Source of the DNA: Octopus sinensis
Lineage: Eukaryota
Assembly (NCBI RefSeq): GCF_006345805.1
Contig: NC_043001.1
Span: 27,838,001-27,902,000, forward strand
Length of the DNA stretch: 64,000 nt
Direction: 5' to 3'
This document shows positions 50,441 through 61,915 of the stretch, in pieces. Positions within the stretch are counted from its first letter, which is position 1. Every line of letters starts with the position of its first letter. The notes under the pieces were generated by a model, which searched no databases, was not told the origin of the DNA, and saw only the letters and a list, made by a program, of their open reading frames with translations. A program made the position numbers and the translations under genes.

Positions 50441-50589
50441 GTCTATAATCATTTGACACTGAATCTGTTTACCTACAGATGAAAGAAAAAAAAAATCCGA
50501 TCGTTTGTTTATTTCACATAACATGCGAAACACCCATGACTGTTTTTCTTAGACTCTTGATACTTTAAGTAATGAAATTCTGAGACTGA

Positions 50590-50770
50590 GTCAAATTTTG
50601 GCCCAGGGCCAGCAATTTCTGGGAAGGGTTACATCAATTACAGCGACCTCAGTGTTCAGCTGGTACTTACTTTATTGGCTCCGAAAGGATGAAAAGCAAA
50701 GTCGGCGGAATATGAAGTCAGAACGTAAAGATGGACGAATTGGGTCAAATTGATAATATGAATAAATCAA
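50590..50770 (-). mobile_element. Family A (A2-tail) SINE, diverged
   Basis: caaattttggcccagggccagcaatttc...ccgaaaggatgaaaagcaaagtc...tcagaacgtaaagatggacgaa. Confidence 0.8.
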
Positions 50771-50783
50771 TAAGGCGGCAAGT

Positions 50784-51008
50784 TGAGGCATATGGCCTAG
50801 TGGTTCTTGGACTCGCGGTTGAGGGATCGCGGGTTCGAATCTCAGACCGAGCGATATGTGTGTTTATGAGTGAAACACCTAAGCTCTACGCGGCTCCGGC
50901 AGAAGATAGTGGCGAACTTCTGCTGACTCTTTCGCCGCAACTTTCTCCCACTCTTTCCAAGGAAACCGGGAAACCGGCCCTAATGAGTCAAGCGTGGTTT
51001 GAGAAGGA
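50784..51008 (+). mobile_element. tRNA-derived SINE (family C-related subfamily)
   Basis: tggcctagtggtt...ggactcgcggttgagggatcgcgggttcgaatctcag; homologous to 60678-60950 and shares the aaaccggccc tail with family C. Confidence 0.85.
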
Positions 51009-51017
51009 ACAGACAAT

Positions 51018-51403
51018 AAGGCGGCGAGCTGGCAGAAACGTTAGCACGCCGGGCGAAATGCTTAGCGGTATTTCATCTGCCGTTACATTCTGAGTTTAAA
51101 TTCCGCCGAGGTCGATTTTGCCGTTAATCCTTTCGGGGTCGATAAATTAAGTACCAGTTACGCACTGGTTTCGATATAATCGACTTAATCCGTCTGTCTG
51201 TCCTTGTTTGTCTCCTCTGTGTTTAGCCAGCAGTGGGTAATAAAGAAATAGGTATTTCGTCTGACTTTACGTTCTGAGTTCAAATACCGCCATCCATCTT
51301 TTCGGGGTCGATAAATTAAGTACCAGTTACGTAATGGGGTCGATATAATCGACTGGCCCTCTCCCTCCAAATTTCGGGCCTTGTGCCTAGAGCAAAAAAG
51401 AAT
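51018..51403 (+). mobile_element. Family A SINE dimer (full A1 unit + head-less unit with an A2 tail)
   Basis: Junction gaaata|ggtatttcgtc at 51250/51251. Confidence 0.9.
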
Positions 51404-51930
51404 ATGAATAAATTAATAAATGAATAAAAACGCTCCGTAAACGCGTTGCATTATCTTTCCTTTCGTCTGTACACTTAATTCTCTACACACATCTGTTAGA
51501 GATCTATGACCTTTAATAAGACTCCGTACAGTGAGCCCTCTCTCATTTTAAGTAATTGTGGAGCCCTTTTTGAATGTTCGTTAGCTAACCAGTGCCTTAG
51601 AAAGAACATAATTCATTAGGGAACTGAGGCCACTTACGCAGAAACTTTTAATTATATAGCGGGCACAAGCCGACGAGCTGGTAGAATCGTTAGCACACTG
51701 CTTAAGATGATTAGCAAAAATTTTCCGTTCTCTATTCTTAGTTCAAATTCAGCAGATAAAAATCCCTTGAAAATGATGCCTTTGCATAGCCATACTCAAA
51801 ATAACTAACACCAAGCAGCCAGACAATAAAAATATTCTTCGATATTTACATATTCCTAGGTGGACTTATACACTAAGAATTAGCTTGTCCTCTGAAACGA
51901 CGCATACGATGTCAATGAAAGATTATGTTA

Positions 51931-52113
51931 AATTTTGGTACAAGGCCGTCAGTTTTAGGAGAGAGTTAAGTAGATTACATCGACTCCAATATCTGATTGG
52001 TACTTAAGGACGAAAGGCAAAAATTACCACAGCAGAACTTGAACACAGAATGGAAAGAACCCGCAGAAATACCATAACTTTGCCGACGCACTAACAGTTC
52101 TGCCAGCTCGCTG
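51931..52113 (-). mobile_element. Family A (A2-tail) SINE, diverged
   Basis: aaattttggtacaaggcc...gattacatcgactcc...ttctgccagctcg. Confidence 0.75.
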
Positions 52114-52494
52114 AAAAAATACAAACGCTTAAACGATCGGTTGATCTGAGTGCTGGATCTTTAGAACCTCGTATTGATGATAGGAATTTTTGAGAGCTCT
52201 AGCACTACGATCCAAATGGCTGATAAGGTGTCGTGAAGAAGAACGCAATAGCAAGATTTCATCGCCTGAGATCAACTATGATCCCCGTGTCAAATACAGA
52301 TCTGGCACATGAATTCATCCTAACTATTAATCTGTGTATTTATCTGTGTGCAGTGGTCGTCCGTCCACGCACCAGGAATATCATTTTCCGTTCTCATTGC
52401 GTTAGAAACGAGTCGCTGTGTAAATCCTTTTTAAACTTTTGGCTACGATACCGACCTACTGTAGAAATTTCAGAAGAAACTTACCATTCCAGTT

Positions 52495-52572
52495 AATGAT
52501 GATGTTATCATCATTGGCGATGATAATTGAAGAAGATAGTGAGGATAACTTTGAAGATAACTAGGACTATGT

Positions 52573-52609
<37 letters not shown>

Positions 52610-52747
52610 AATGATGAGGATGATGATGATAACGACAATGGCGACGACGACGATGAAGAGGAAAGGAGAGGGCATTGGCTACGATGACGGTGACGATGGG
52701 GTTAGTGATGATAGCATTGATGAAGAGTAGGATGATAATGGTGGTGT

Positions 52748-52835
<88 letters not shown>

Positions 52836-52865
52836 GATGATTATGATGATGAAGATGATGATGAA

Positions 52866-52901
<36 letters not shown>

Positions 52902-53313
52902 ATTGAAGACGTTGATCCTGATGACGGCGACGACAAGGACATTGATGACGACATTGATGAAAATTAGGATAATGATGATGAAGATAATTATAAGGAGAAG
53001 ATGATGATGATGGGTGGAGGAGGAGGAGGAGGAGAAGGAGAAGAAGAATAGGAAGAATAAGAAGAAAAAGAAGGGGAGGAAGGGGCGGTTAGTGACTATG
53101 ATGACAATGATAAAAATTAGGATAATGATGATGAAGATACTTATAAGGAGATGATGATGGTGATGATGAGAAGGTGGAGGAGGAAGATGAGAAGAAGATT
53201 AGGAAGAATAAGAAGAAAAGGAAGGGAGAGGAAGGGGAAGGTTAGTGACAATGACGACAGTGATGATGATGACATGACAACGACTGCCATGGTGGTGGTA
53301 CCAACTACAATGT

Positions 53314-53347
<34 letters not shown>

Positions 53348-53440
53348 AGTGATGATGATAGTTTTGATGATAGTGATGATGATAGTGATGATGATGGTGA
53401 TGATTATGATGGTGATGATGATGATAGTGATGATGATGAT

Positions 53441-53475
<35 letters not shown>

Positions 53476-53720
53476 TGATGATGATGGTGGTGGTGGTGAT
53501 GATGATAATGATGATGATGATGATGAATTATAACGGCAAGAACAACGAATGCCTTCATAACGGCGAAGATTACGGCAACGATATTAATAATGATAAACGA
53601 TTTGATGATGATGAGGGAAATGATGATGATGATGATGACGACGATGAGAGTGATGCTGCTGCTACTGAATCTACTGATGTTGATGATGATGATGACGACG
53701 ACGACGACGACGACGAGGAT
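52495..53720. repeat. (GAT)n/(GGA)n/(GAC)n trinucleotide field with an ~150-bp tandem unit
   Basis: aaaattaggataatgatgatgaagata..ggttagtgac occurs at about 52960-53110 and 53113-53270. Confidence 0.9.
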
Positions 53721-54034
53721 CAATCGATAATGGCGAACGAAAATGGCGATGATCAGTCTAGTGTTTCAGAAGCCATAAACAAAAGTAAGCAAATGAAGCG
53801 AAATAGCAAGTCTCTAGCACCACTAAGTCCTGTAATCTGTAGCTATTCTCACAGCAATTTACTTCCTTTTTGGCTTCGTTCCCGCACCCTTAACGATAAA
53901 TGCGAGTTTGATGGAGTTTTAGGATGTCTGTTCTGTTTAAGAATGATTCATTCGCCAATGAAAAATCTGTCAAGTGGAGTCAACTTGTCTTCGCTGCACT
54001 GATAAACGAATAGATTATTTGTCAGTGCTCGCTG

Positions 54035-54037
54035 TTG

Positions 54038-54081
<44 letters not shown>

Positions 54082-54214
54082 GCTACTACTGCTGCTGCTG
54101 CTACTGCTGCTGCTGCTGCTGCTGCTGTTGCTGTTGCTGCTGCTGTTGCTGCTACTGCTGCTGCTACTACTACTACTGCTGCTGCTGCTGGTGCTGTTGC
54201 TGCTGCTGCTGCTG

Positions 54215-54264
<50 letters not shown>

Positions 54265-54295
54265 GTTGTTGTTGTTGATGGTGGTGTTGTTGGCG
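54035..54295. repeat. Compound (CTA)n(CTG)n(CTA)n(GTT)n repeat
   Basis: Seen directly. Confidence 0.95.
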
Positions 54296-54411
54296 GTGCC
54301 GTTGGTTATAATTTCTGTTATAATAGAAATCTCTACTCTGATGTTTGTCTTCGCGATGCTGAATGTGGTGAAGACAGCGGAGGGGATTCTGTTTAATAGT
54401 AGGATACAAAT

Positions 54412-54662
54412 CAGTGGTTCTCAACCATTCTATGGAGCTCTTTGGTTCCTATTTTTCTCTACTGGACCGTCATAGACATTTGATGTTTTCAAAAAAAATC
54501 TATTATATTTTTATGATTAAATATCAATATGAATTGTGTAAAATATTGTTAAGATCGTTTGTATCTCGTAGAAGTATAACTAAGTTATTGCACATAAATT
54601 TTAGCGATAGTATCATATATGGATCCCTTAAGGATCATATGGACGCCATTTGAAAATCACTG
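54412..54662 (+). mobile_element. hAT-type MITE, 251 bp
   Basis: TIRs cagtggttctcaa / ttgaaaatcactg; 8-bp flanks atacaaat / atatacat (6/8). Confidence 0.7.
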
Positions 54663-56439
54663 ATATACATAGTTTGTTATTATTGCTTAATCCCCGGTCG
54701 CTATGATCAAAAGCAACCTAGCCATGACCTAGCCTCTTTTTCTTTGAGATATGACATCCATCGGTTTCAACTACGATCCTTCAGTTATTTACGCAACAGA
54801 AAGTACGATGTGTTTAAATTAAATTAACGGGTAAGTGGCTGAGTATTGTACGGATACGTGTACCCTTAACATAATTCCCAATCAGTGTGGTAATACATGA
54901 CACGAGTGGACCTTTGAAATACAGTACGATCTATACAACGGTTTTCTGCGCAGTTACTGTGCTCATTGTATAGGTTGTACAATTTTATTTACCAAATTTC
55001 ACTCCCACAACTTGGGGTAACTCAAGACTATAACAAAACGTATCATAATGCCGTGCAGTAGGATCAAATATGCAGGCGTTCTTTATTTTTTGACATTGTT
55101 TATCAGGTACCGTATCACCTAATGTGATCATCTATTTTAAAGATAGTTTGGTGTTATTTTGGAGAGGTATGGCAAGTATTTCAAGTGATCAAGTAGAGGA
55201 TCTTTTGTTAACATGTACTGGCTTTTGTTGACTTTGTTAGGGATGTCTATTTACCTGTCTTTAACTGATTTTTTCAAACTTTTTCACACTTAATTACTCT
55301 CTCCTATAGCAGTTCATTTTCTTCTGTCGCTATTAGTCCCACGTAGGTTAAATAATACTCCATTTAACCACGTCCTTTAACTTCGACGTCCTTTTTAAAT
55401 GGAGGCCATACAAGACAGACAAGACATACAAGACATCTTTCTATGCCTGGAAAATGCGGACGATTCTTTTAATGAAAATTGACAAAGAATAGTTTTAAAA
55501 TGACACTGAATGTAAAAACGTTACTTGTTTCAACGATTCCTGCTCCAATCGACTTCTCATAAACATCTTCCATTGAAACTTCACTCAATATATAAAATTT
55601 ATAAGCAATTTCTTTTTGTAGAATTCCAATATTCTTAACATCACTAAAATCCTATAATGGAGAAACACCCCTTTCACGTCATAACAAACAAAAGCATCGC
55701 CCTTGACCAAATGTATTAACAACTGGTCAAGGGTGATAATAGAAAACTGTTCCTTTATGTACGATAGTCTTTTGGCTTCCAAAACCTAAGGCCAAAGTCA
55801 AGACATTTTCTTCACATCAATGTTCCATTGCAGTAAATACACCATTCCTATTCTACTAAAACGACATCTACATTAATTCAGTTAATCCAATTCAGTCGCA
55901 TCATTGTAACTACAGTAACACCCCTGAGTTACAAGACATAAGCTAAAAAGACTACTATTAAGCCGATACCTCCACATATTTTAAAGTCGTCCGCTGCAAT
56001 GCGCCACAAGGATACAGACAGAGACTAAAGCACGTAACCATTTCAAACAAAAGAAAGTCTTATTGTTTATATTCTATTATTATACCTATCCAATAACCAT
56101 GTTTACATTCAATATATGGACATGTATTCAATGAACAATCATAGCTTAATAATAAATTGAAAAACAAAACCAACAAACCAGCCAAGCGATCGACCGACTA
56201 TGCCAACCCAACGAAAGATTGACTGAAGTATTGATAGACAATACTGCAAGCAGAAGAGCACTTCCCTACTACATTCTAACAATCAGTATGTGAAAAGATG
56301 CAGAAAACCACTTAATATTGATATTGCCGTATTAAAACAAACACGGACTGTCATGCTTGAAGATCTTGCAATTCCTTAGAAGCAAACTAAAGTGATTTCA
56401 GACCAATGGGAATTCTTGGATACATTCACCATGTCTATG

Positions 56440-56515
<76 letters not shown>

Positions 56516-56532
56516 CATCTATCCATCTATCC

Positions 56533-56613
<81 letters not shown>

Positions 56614-56966
56614 CATAGACGCACAACATACACACCGGCATATATATTATGTGTATAAAGCATACATAAACACTCAAATATGTTTATATGTAATTACGTA
56701 TGTATGGATGTCTGTATGCAGACATTTATATACGTATGTATGTATGCATTTATGTAAGTATGTATGTGTGTATACATGCACGCGCGCACTCATGTATGTA
56801 TGCATTTATGTATGTATGTATGTATGTATGTATGTATGTATGTACAATGTACAGTTTTTAATTCATTCTAGTCATGCTAGAACACCAATTTGATACATTC
56901 ATACGTAAACGTAGAGTTTGTTGTTTTCAAAACTACTTAGAAGCTATATGTTTTCTAAAACAAAAT

Positions 56967-57035
<69 letters not shown>
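56440..57035. repeat. (TCTA)n, (TATG)n and (TA)n microsatellites
   Basis: Seen directly. Confidence 0.9.
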
Positions 57036-57041
<6 letters not shown>

Positions 57042-57284
57042 GTGCCGTCCCTGCCGTGACTATCTCGAGTTTTATTGCAGCAAAATTTATCGAAGACATT
57101 ATCTAATATGTAGTTCCTCTTTCAGTTCTTTTATCATACCGTAAGTACTGAAAATACAGGACAGAGGTACATCGTATAAAATTGACGATGGTTGTAGTAG
57201 AAATGGTGACGCTTACATAGAGTTAGGTTAAGTGTGGTGGCGGAAGGGGTGGTATGGATGGCGGTGGTTGTGGAGGTGGTGGTG

Positions 57285-57620
57285 GTATTTACTGATGGTG
57301 TTGGTATGGAGTTGTGGTGGTGGTGGTGTGGTGGTGGTGGAATTGACTTGTGGTGGTGGTACTGGAATTGACTGATGGTGGTGGTGTTGGAATTGACTGA
57401 TGGTGATGGTGGTGTTAGAATTGACTGATGGTGGTGGTGGTGTTGGAATTGACTGATGGCGGTGGTGGAGAAATTGACTGATGGTGGTGGTAGTGTTGGA
57501 ATTGACTGATGGCGGTGGTGGTGGTGGTGGAATTGACTGGTGGTAGTGATATTGACTGGTGGTGATGATATTGACTGGTGGTGGTATTGACTGGTGGTGC
57601 TGGTGGAACTGACTGGCAGT
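57285..57620. repeat. Minisatellite with a conserved (GG)AATTGACTG(AT)GG core and variable (GGT)n linkers
   Basis: About 12 cores at 16-31 bp spacing, with one orphan unit at about 58398. Confidence 0.9.
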
Positions 57621-57879
57621 GGTGGCGGCAGTAGTTGTGGCGATGGCGGTAGCGATGGTCGTCGTCGTAGTAAAACCGGGAGAACCACGAGAAGTATTAA
57701 CAAGCCGTGATTGATGCTGCTTCAACAAACTGAATTTTGAAACATCGGGCTGCCTGCAATATAAGCTGCATGACTGCACTTCACTCAGCAAACTGCAGTC
57801 TTTATTGCTGCTGTCAGAACATGCGATATTTGCTGCAATCCGTTTTATTGCAGCAGTTTCAGCTGCGGTGATGGTGGCA

Positions 57880-58540
57880 ATGTTATGTGGGTGTCTTGTA
57901 GGGGCAATGGTGGTGGTTGTGGAGTTTGTTGTAGTGGTGTTGTGAAGGTCGTTGTGAACGAAATGTTCGTTGAGGTTGTTGTTGTTGTTGTTGTGATGGT
58001 GGTGTTGGTGTTGGTGGTGGTGGTGATAGTATTCGCTGCTGTGATAGTGGTTGTTATGGTGGTAGTATTGTGAAAGTGGTTTGTTGGTAGTGGTGCTGTA
58101 GGTTGCGGTTGTAGCTCTAACGGTTGAGTACTCGGTGTAGCTGTGATGGTGGAAATGGGGATAGCAATTGTGGCGGTGGTGGTTGTGGTGATGTTGGTTG
58201 GGATGGTGGTGATTGTGATGGTTGTGGCGGTGTTGGTTGTGTTGGTTGTGGTGGTTGTGATGGTTGTGGTGGCGGTGGTGGTGATTGTGATGGTTGTAGC
58301 GGTGGTAGTTGTGGTGGTTATGGTGGCGGTGGTGGTGATTGTGATGGTTGTGGCGTTTGTTGTGGTGGTGGTGGTGGTGGTGTGGTGGTGGTGGTGTTGG
58401 AATTGACTGATGGTGGTGGTGGTGGTGGTGGTGGTGGTGTGGTGGTTATGGTGGCGGTGGTGGTGATTGTGATGGTTGTGGCAGTGGTGGTTGTGGTGGT
58501 TGTGATAGTTGTGGTTGTGGTTGTGGTGGTGGTAGTGTAG
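57880..58540. repeat. (GGT/GTT)n trinucleotide field
   Basis: Seen directly. Confidence 0.9.
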
Positions 58541-58591
58541 CTTAAAGGTAGATAAGATGATTTATTCTTTTACTTGTTTATTCTTTTACCT

Positions 58592-58809
58592 GTTTATTCT
58601 TGTTCGTTTATTCTTTTACTTGTTTCAATTATTTGACTGCGGCCATGCTGGAGCACCACCTTAGAGGAGTCTTTTGTGGAGGAAATCGACCCAAGGACTT
58701 ATTCTTTGTAAGCCTAGTACTTACTTTATCGGTTACTTTTGCTGAACAGTTAACTTACGAGGACGTAAACACACCAACATCAGTTGTCAAGCGCTGGTGG
58801 TAGGACTAA

Positions 58810-58897
<88 letters not shown>

Positions 58898-58990
58898 ACG
58901 GGCTTCTTTCAGTTTCCGTCTACCAAGTTCACTCACAAGGCTTTGGTCAGCCTGAGGCTAGAGTAGAGAACATTTGCCCAAGGTGCCAGG
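58592..58990 (-). mobile_element. SINE family B, 5'-truncated
   Basis: Tail, body and central (CA)n match the consensus. Confidence 0.9.
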
Positions 58991-59051
58991 CAATGGGACT
59001 GAACCCGGAATCCAAATACTAAGAAGTAAACTTTACTTATCATAGTTTAGG

Positions 59052-59135
59052 AGTCGATAAAATAAAGTACCAGTTGAGCACTAGGGTCTAGGTAATTGAC
59101 TGGTTCTCTCCCACCGAAATTTCAAGCCTTCTTCC
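59052..59135 (+). mobile_element. Family A (A2-tail) SINE 3' fragment
   Basis: gagtcgataaaataaagtaccagttgagcactaggg...gaaatttcaagcctt. Confidence 0.7.
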
Positions 59136-59214
59136 TATAGCAGAAAGGCATTTTGCTTACCACTTAGTTGATTCTGCAACTCAAAGGAAGAAACTAATAG
59201 AAGTACATCATTAC

Positions 59215-59227
59215 CATGATGATGATA

Positions 59228-59283
<56 letters not shown>

Positions 59284-59385
59284 GATGACGACGAAGATGA
59301 TGACGACAACGACGACGACAACGATGATGAAGATGATGATGATGATGATGATGATGAAGATGATGATGATGATGATAGTGATGAC

Positions 59386-59425
<40 letters not shown>

Positions 59426-59432
59426 TTGATGT

Positions 59433-59485
<53 letters not shown>

Positions 59486-59530
59486 TTGATGTTGATGTTG
59501 ATGATGATGATGATCATCATCATCATCATC
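59215..59530. repeat. (GAT)n field ending in a (CAT)n strand flip
   Basis: Seen directly. Confidence 0.95.
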
Positions 59531-59789
59531 AACAAGAGCCAGAACCAGAAACAGAAATAAGATCCTCACCACCGCCATTCCTAATACAACATTTTACTAC
59601 TACATTTATGGCCTGCCCTCTTCCATCACTCAGTTCAGACTTCACCTTCACCCCTAACCTCTGAAGCCTAACTCTACGCCACACTCTTCCCCTCTACCTA
59701 TAAACTTCATTTAACTGTAACATAACTCACGTCGGTAAATGACGGCTTCTCAAAGATATCGCATGTAAATAGAGAATCCGGATGACAAG

Positions 59790-60367
59790 TGTATGTATGT
59801 ATGCATGTATGTATGTATGTACGTATGTATGTATGTATGTATGTATGTATGTATGTATGTATGTATGTATGTATGTATGTATGTATGTATGTATGTATGT
59901 ATGTATGTATGTATGTATGTATGTATGTATGTATGCATGTATGTATGTACGTATGTACGTATGTATGTATGTATGTATGTATGTATGTATGTATGTACGT
60001 ATGTATGTATGTATGTATGTATGTATGTATGTATGTATGTATGTACGTATGTATGTATGTATGTATGTATGTACGTACGTATGTATGTATGTATGTATGT
60101 ATGTATGTACGTATGTATGTATGTATGTATGTATGTATGTATGTATGTATGTATGTATGTATGTATGTATGTATGTGTGCATGTATGTATGTATGTATGT
60201 ATGTATGTATGTATGTATGTATGTGTGCATGTATGTATGTATGTATGTATGTATGTATGTATGTATGTATGTATGTATGTATGTGTGCATGTATGTATGT
60301 ATGTATGTATGTACGTATGTATGTACATATGTATATATGTATGTAGTGGTATTTATTTGCGTATATA

Positions 60368-60406
<39 letters not shown>

Positions 60407-60432
60407 TATATATATAAAGAGAGAGAGAGAGA
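59790..60432. repeat. (TATG)n field, then (TA)n and (GA)n
   Basis: Seen directly. Confidence 0.95.
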
Positions 60433-60469
60433 CCATTGAATTCAACACGTTTTTTTGTCATTTTCTCTC

Positions 60470-60610
60470 TATTTCCTCTTATTCATTTCTGTCGAAGAGC
60501 ATAGGCTCAAAACATAAAAGACTTTTCCATTTTTCCCGAGAGTCAAACTAATACACTTGCTTGTTGTTCCTACACCTGTTTTCGTCTTTGTTTTTCTATA
60601 AATTTGAATT
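60470..60610 (+). mobile_element. Penelope-like terminal fragment carrying a degenerate minimal hammerhead
   Basis: ctgtcgaagagcataggctcaaaacata (60489-60516) has the CUGANGA-A / stem II / GAAA / ACGU layout of PLE hammerheads, with substitutions. Confidence 0.5.
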
Positions 60611-60677
60611 ACACACACACACACACACACTCTCTCTCTCTCACACACACACATACACACACATATATATATATATT

Positions 60678-60950
60678 TTGAAGCAAATGGCCTAGTGGTT
60701 AGAGCAACGGACTCGCGGTCGAGGGATCGCGGGTTCGAATCTCAGACTGGGCGATGTGTGTGTTTATGAGCGAAACACCGAAGCTCCACGGGGTTCCGGC
60801 AGAAGGTAATGGCAAAACTTCTGCTGACACTTTGGCCACAAATTTCTCTCACTCTTTCCTCCTGCATCTTGCAGCTCACCTGAGACGGACCGGGGTCCCG
60901 TCCAGGCGGGGAACCTATACGCCAAGGAAACCGGGAATCCGGCCCTTATG
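60678..60950 (+). mobile_element. tRNA-derived SINE (family C-related), near full length
   Basis: tggcctagtggttagagc...gggttcgaatctcag...cccgtccaggcgggg...ggaaaccgggaatccggccc. Confidence 0.88.
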
Positions 60951-61039
60951 TCTGTTTGTTCATGTAACTCCTTTTCTCTTACTTTCTCAATATAGCTATC
61001 CACAAATATCAAAATATGTACCGAGGGCTGATGACACCA

Positions 61040-61545
61040 AGCCATACCCAATATGAAATTAATCTGCAAGAATAATATTCAAATCCTCCTGATTTATCAA
61101 TAACTCTTGTTATAATGATATTGCTAATCCAAAGCCATGTACTTGTAATTGAGGGTCAGCGTGCCTTATCCCCGAGAACACCTGATGAGGTTAAAATGTT
61201 TGGTCTTTCATCTATTATAGAGCAAGATGTTTTGTTTTGCCTTGAGGTCTATCGCTGTGAAAGCTCAGTACAGATGAGGGAATAAGCCTCGGAATGACGT
61301 CACCGATGACACACAAGCGTGCGCTGAGGCTGCAACATTTGTAAAATTTTCTGGACAGTTTCTGTTGCCGTTTAACTGCATATTAGTTCTACACGAGCAT
61401 ATCACCTATAAAAGGTGCTCGCAGCAATAGGTCGATATACGTAATCTTCTTTATATGAATGTGTGACAGCTGAATGAGCTTACATAGATATTTGTCTGTA
61501 TATGATTTACTACGTGTATAAGAGCGTGTGTATATACAGTAATGT
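61040..61545 (+). mobile_element. Probable Penelope-like element fragment (pseudo-LTR-like) with hammerhead half-motifs and a TATA box
   Basis: CTGATGAG at 61182, degenerate cagatgagggaataagcctcggaa at 61271-61294, and cctataaaagg at about 61406. The family assignment is from recall. Confidence 0.45.
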
Positions 61546-61546
61546 A

Positions 61547-61769
61547 TACTTTTACTCTTTTACTTGTTTCAGTCATTTGACTGCGGCCATGCTGGAACAC
61601 CCCCTTTAGTCGAGCAAATCGACCCCGGGACTTATTCTTTGTAAGCCCAGTACTCATTCTATCGGGCTCTTTTGCCGAACCGCTAAGTGACAGGGACGTA
61701 AACACACCAGCATCGGTTGTCAAGCGATGTTGGGGGGACAATCACAGACACACACATTTATAGATATAC

Positions 61770-61810
<41 letters not shown>

Positions 61811-61915
61811 CGACGGGCTTCTTTGAGTTTCCACTCACAAGGTTTTGGTTGGCCCGAGGCTACAGTAGAAGACACTTGCCCAAGATGCCACGCAGTAGGA
61901 CTGAACCCGGAACCA
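61547..61915 (-). mobile_element. SINE family B, 5'-truncated, central (TA)n
   Basis: Matches the consensus. Confidence 0.92.

Noticed and set aside
53475-54002. 175-aa acidic ORF
   Set aside because: Mostly (GAT)n-derived; the remainder has no motif or splice support.
55620-55735. NGETPFHV resembling an ankyrin TPLH motif
   Set aside because: In-frame stops on both sides and no second repeat.
57285-57620. Repeat-spacer look reminiscent of a CRISPR array
   Set aside because: Linkers are (GGT)n variants rather than unique spacers, cores are only ~9-15 bp, there are no cas genes, and the context is eukaryotic.
60678-60755. tRNA-like sequences here and at 588, 12534, 25650-25716, 29960-30036 and 50784
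   Set aside because: A and B boxes are present, but each runs into a SINE body and lacks a complete cloverleaf; these are SINE heads, not tRNA genes.
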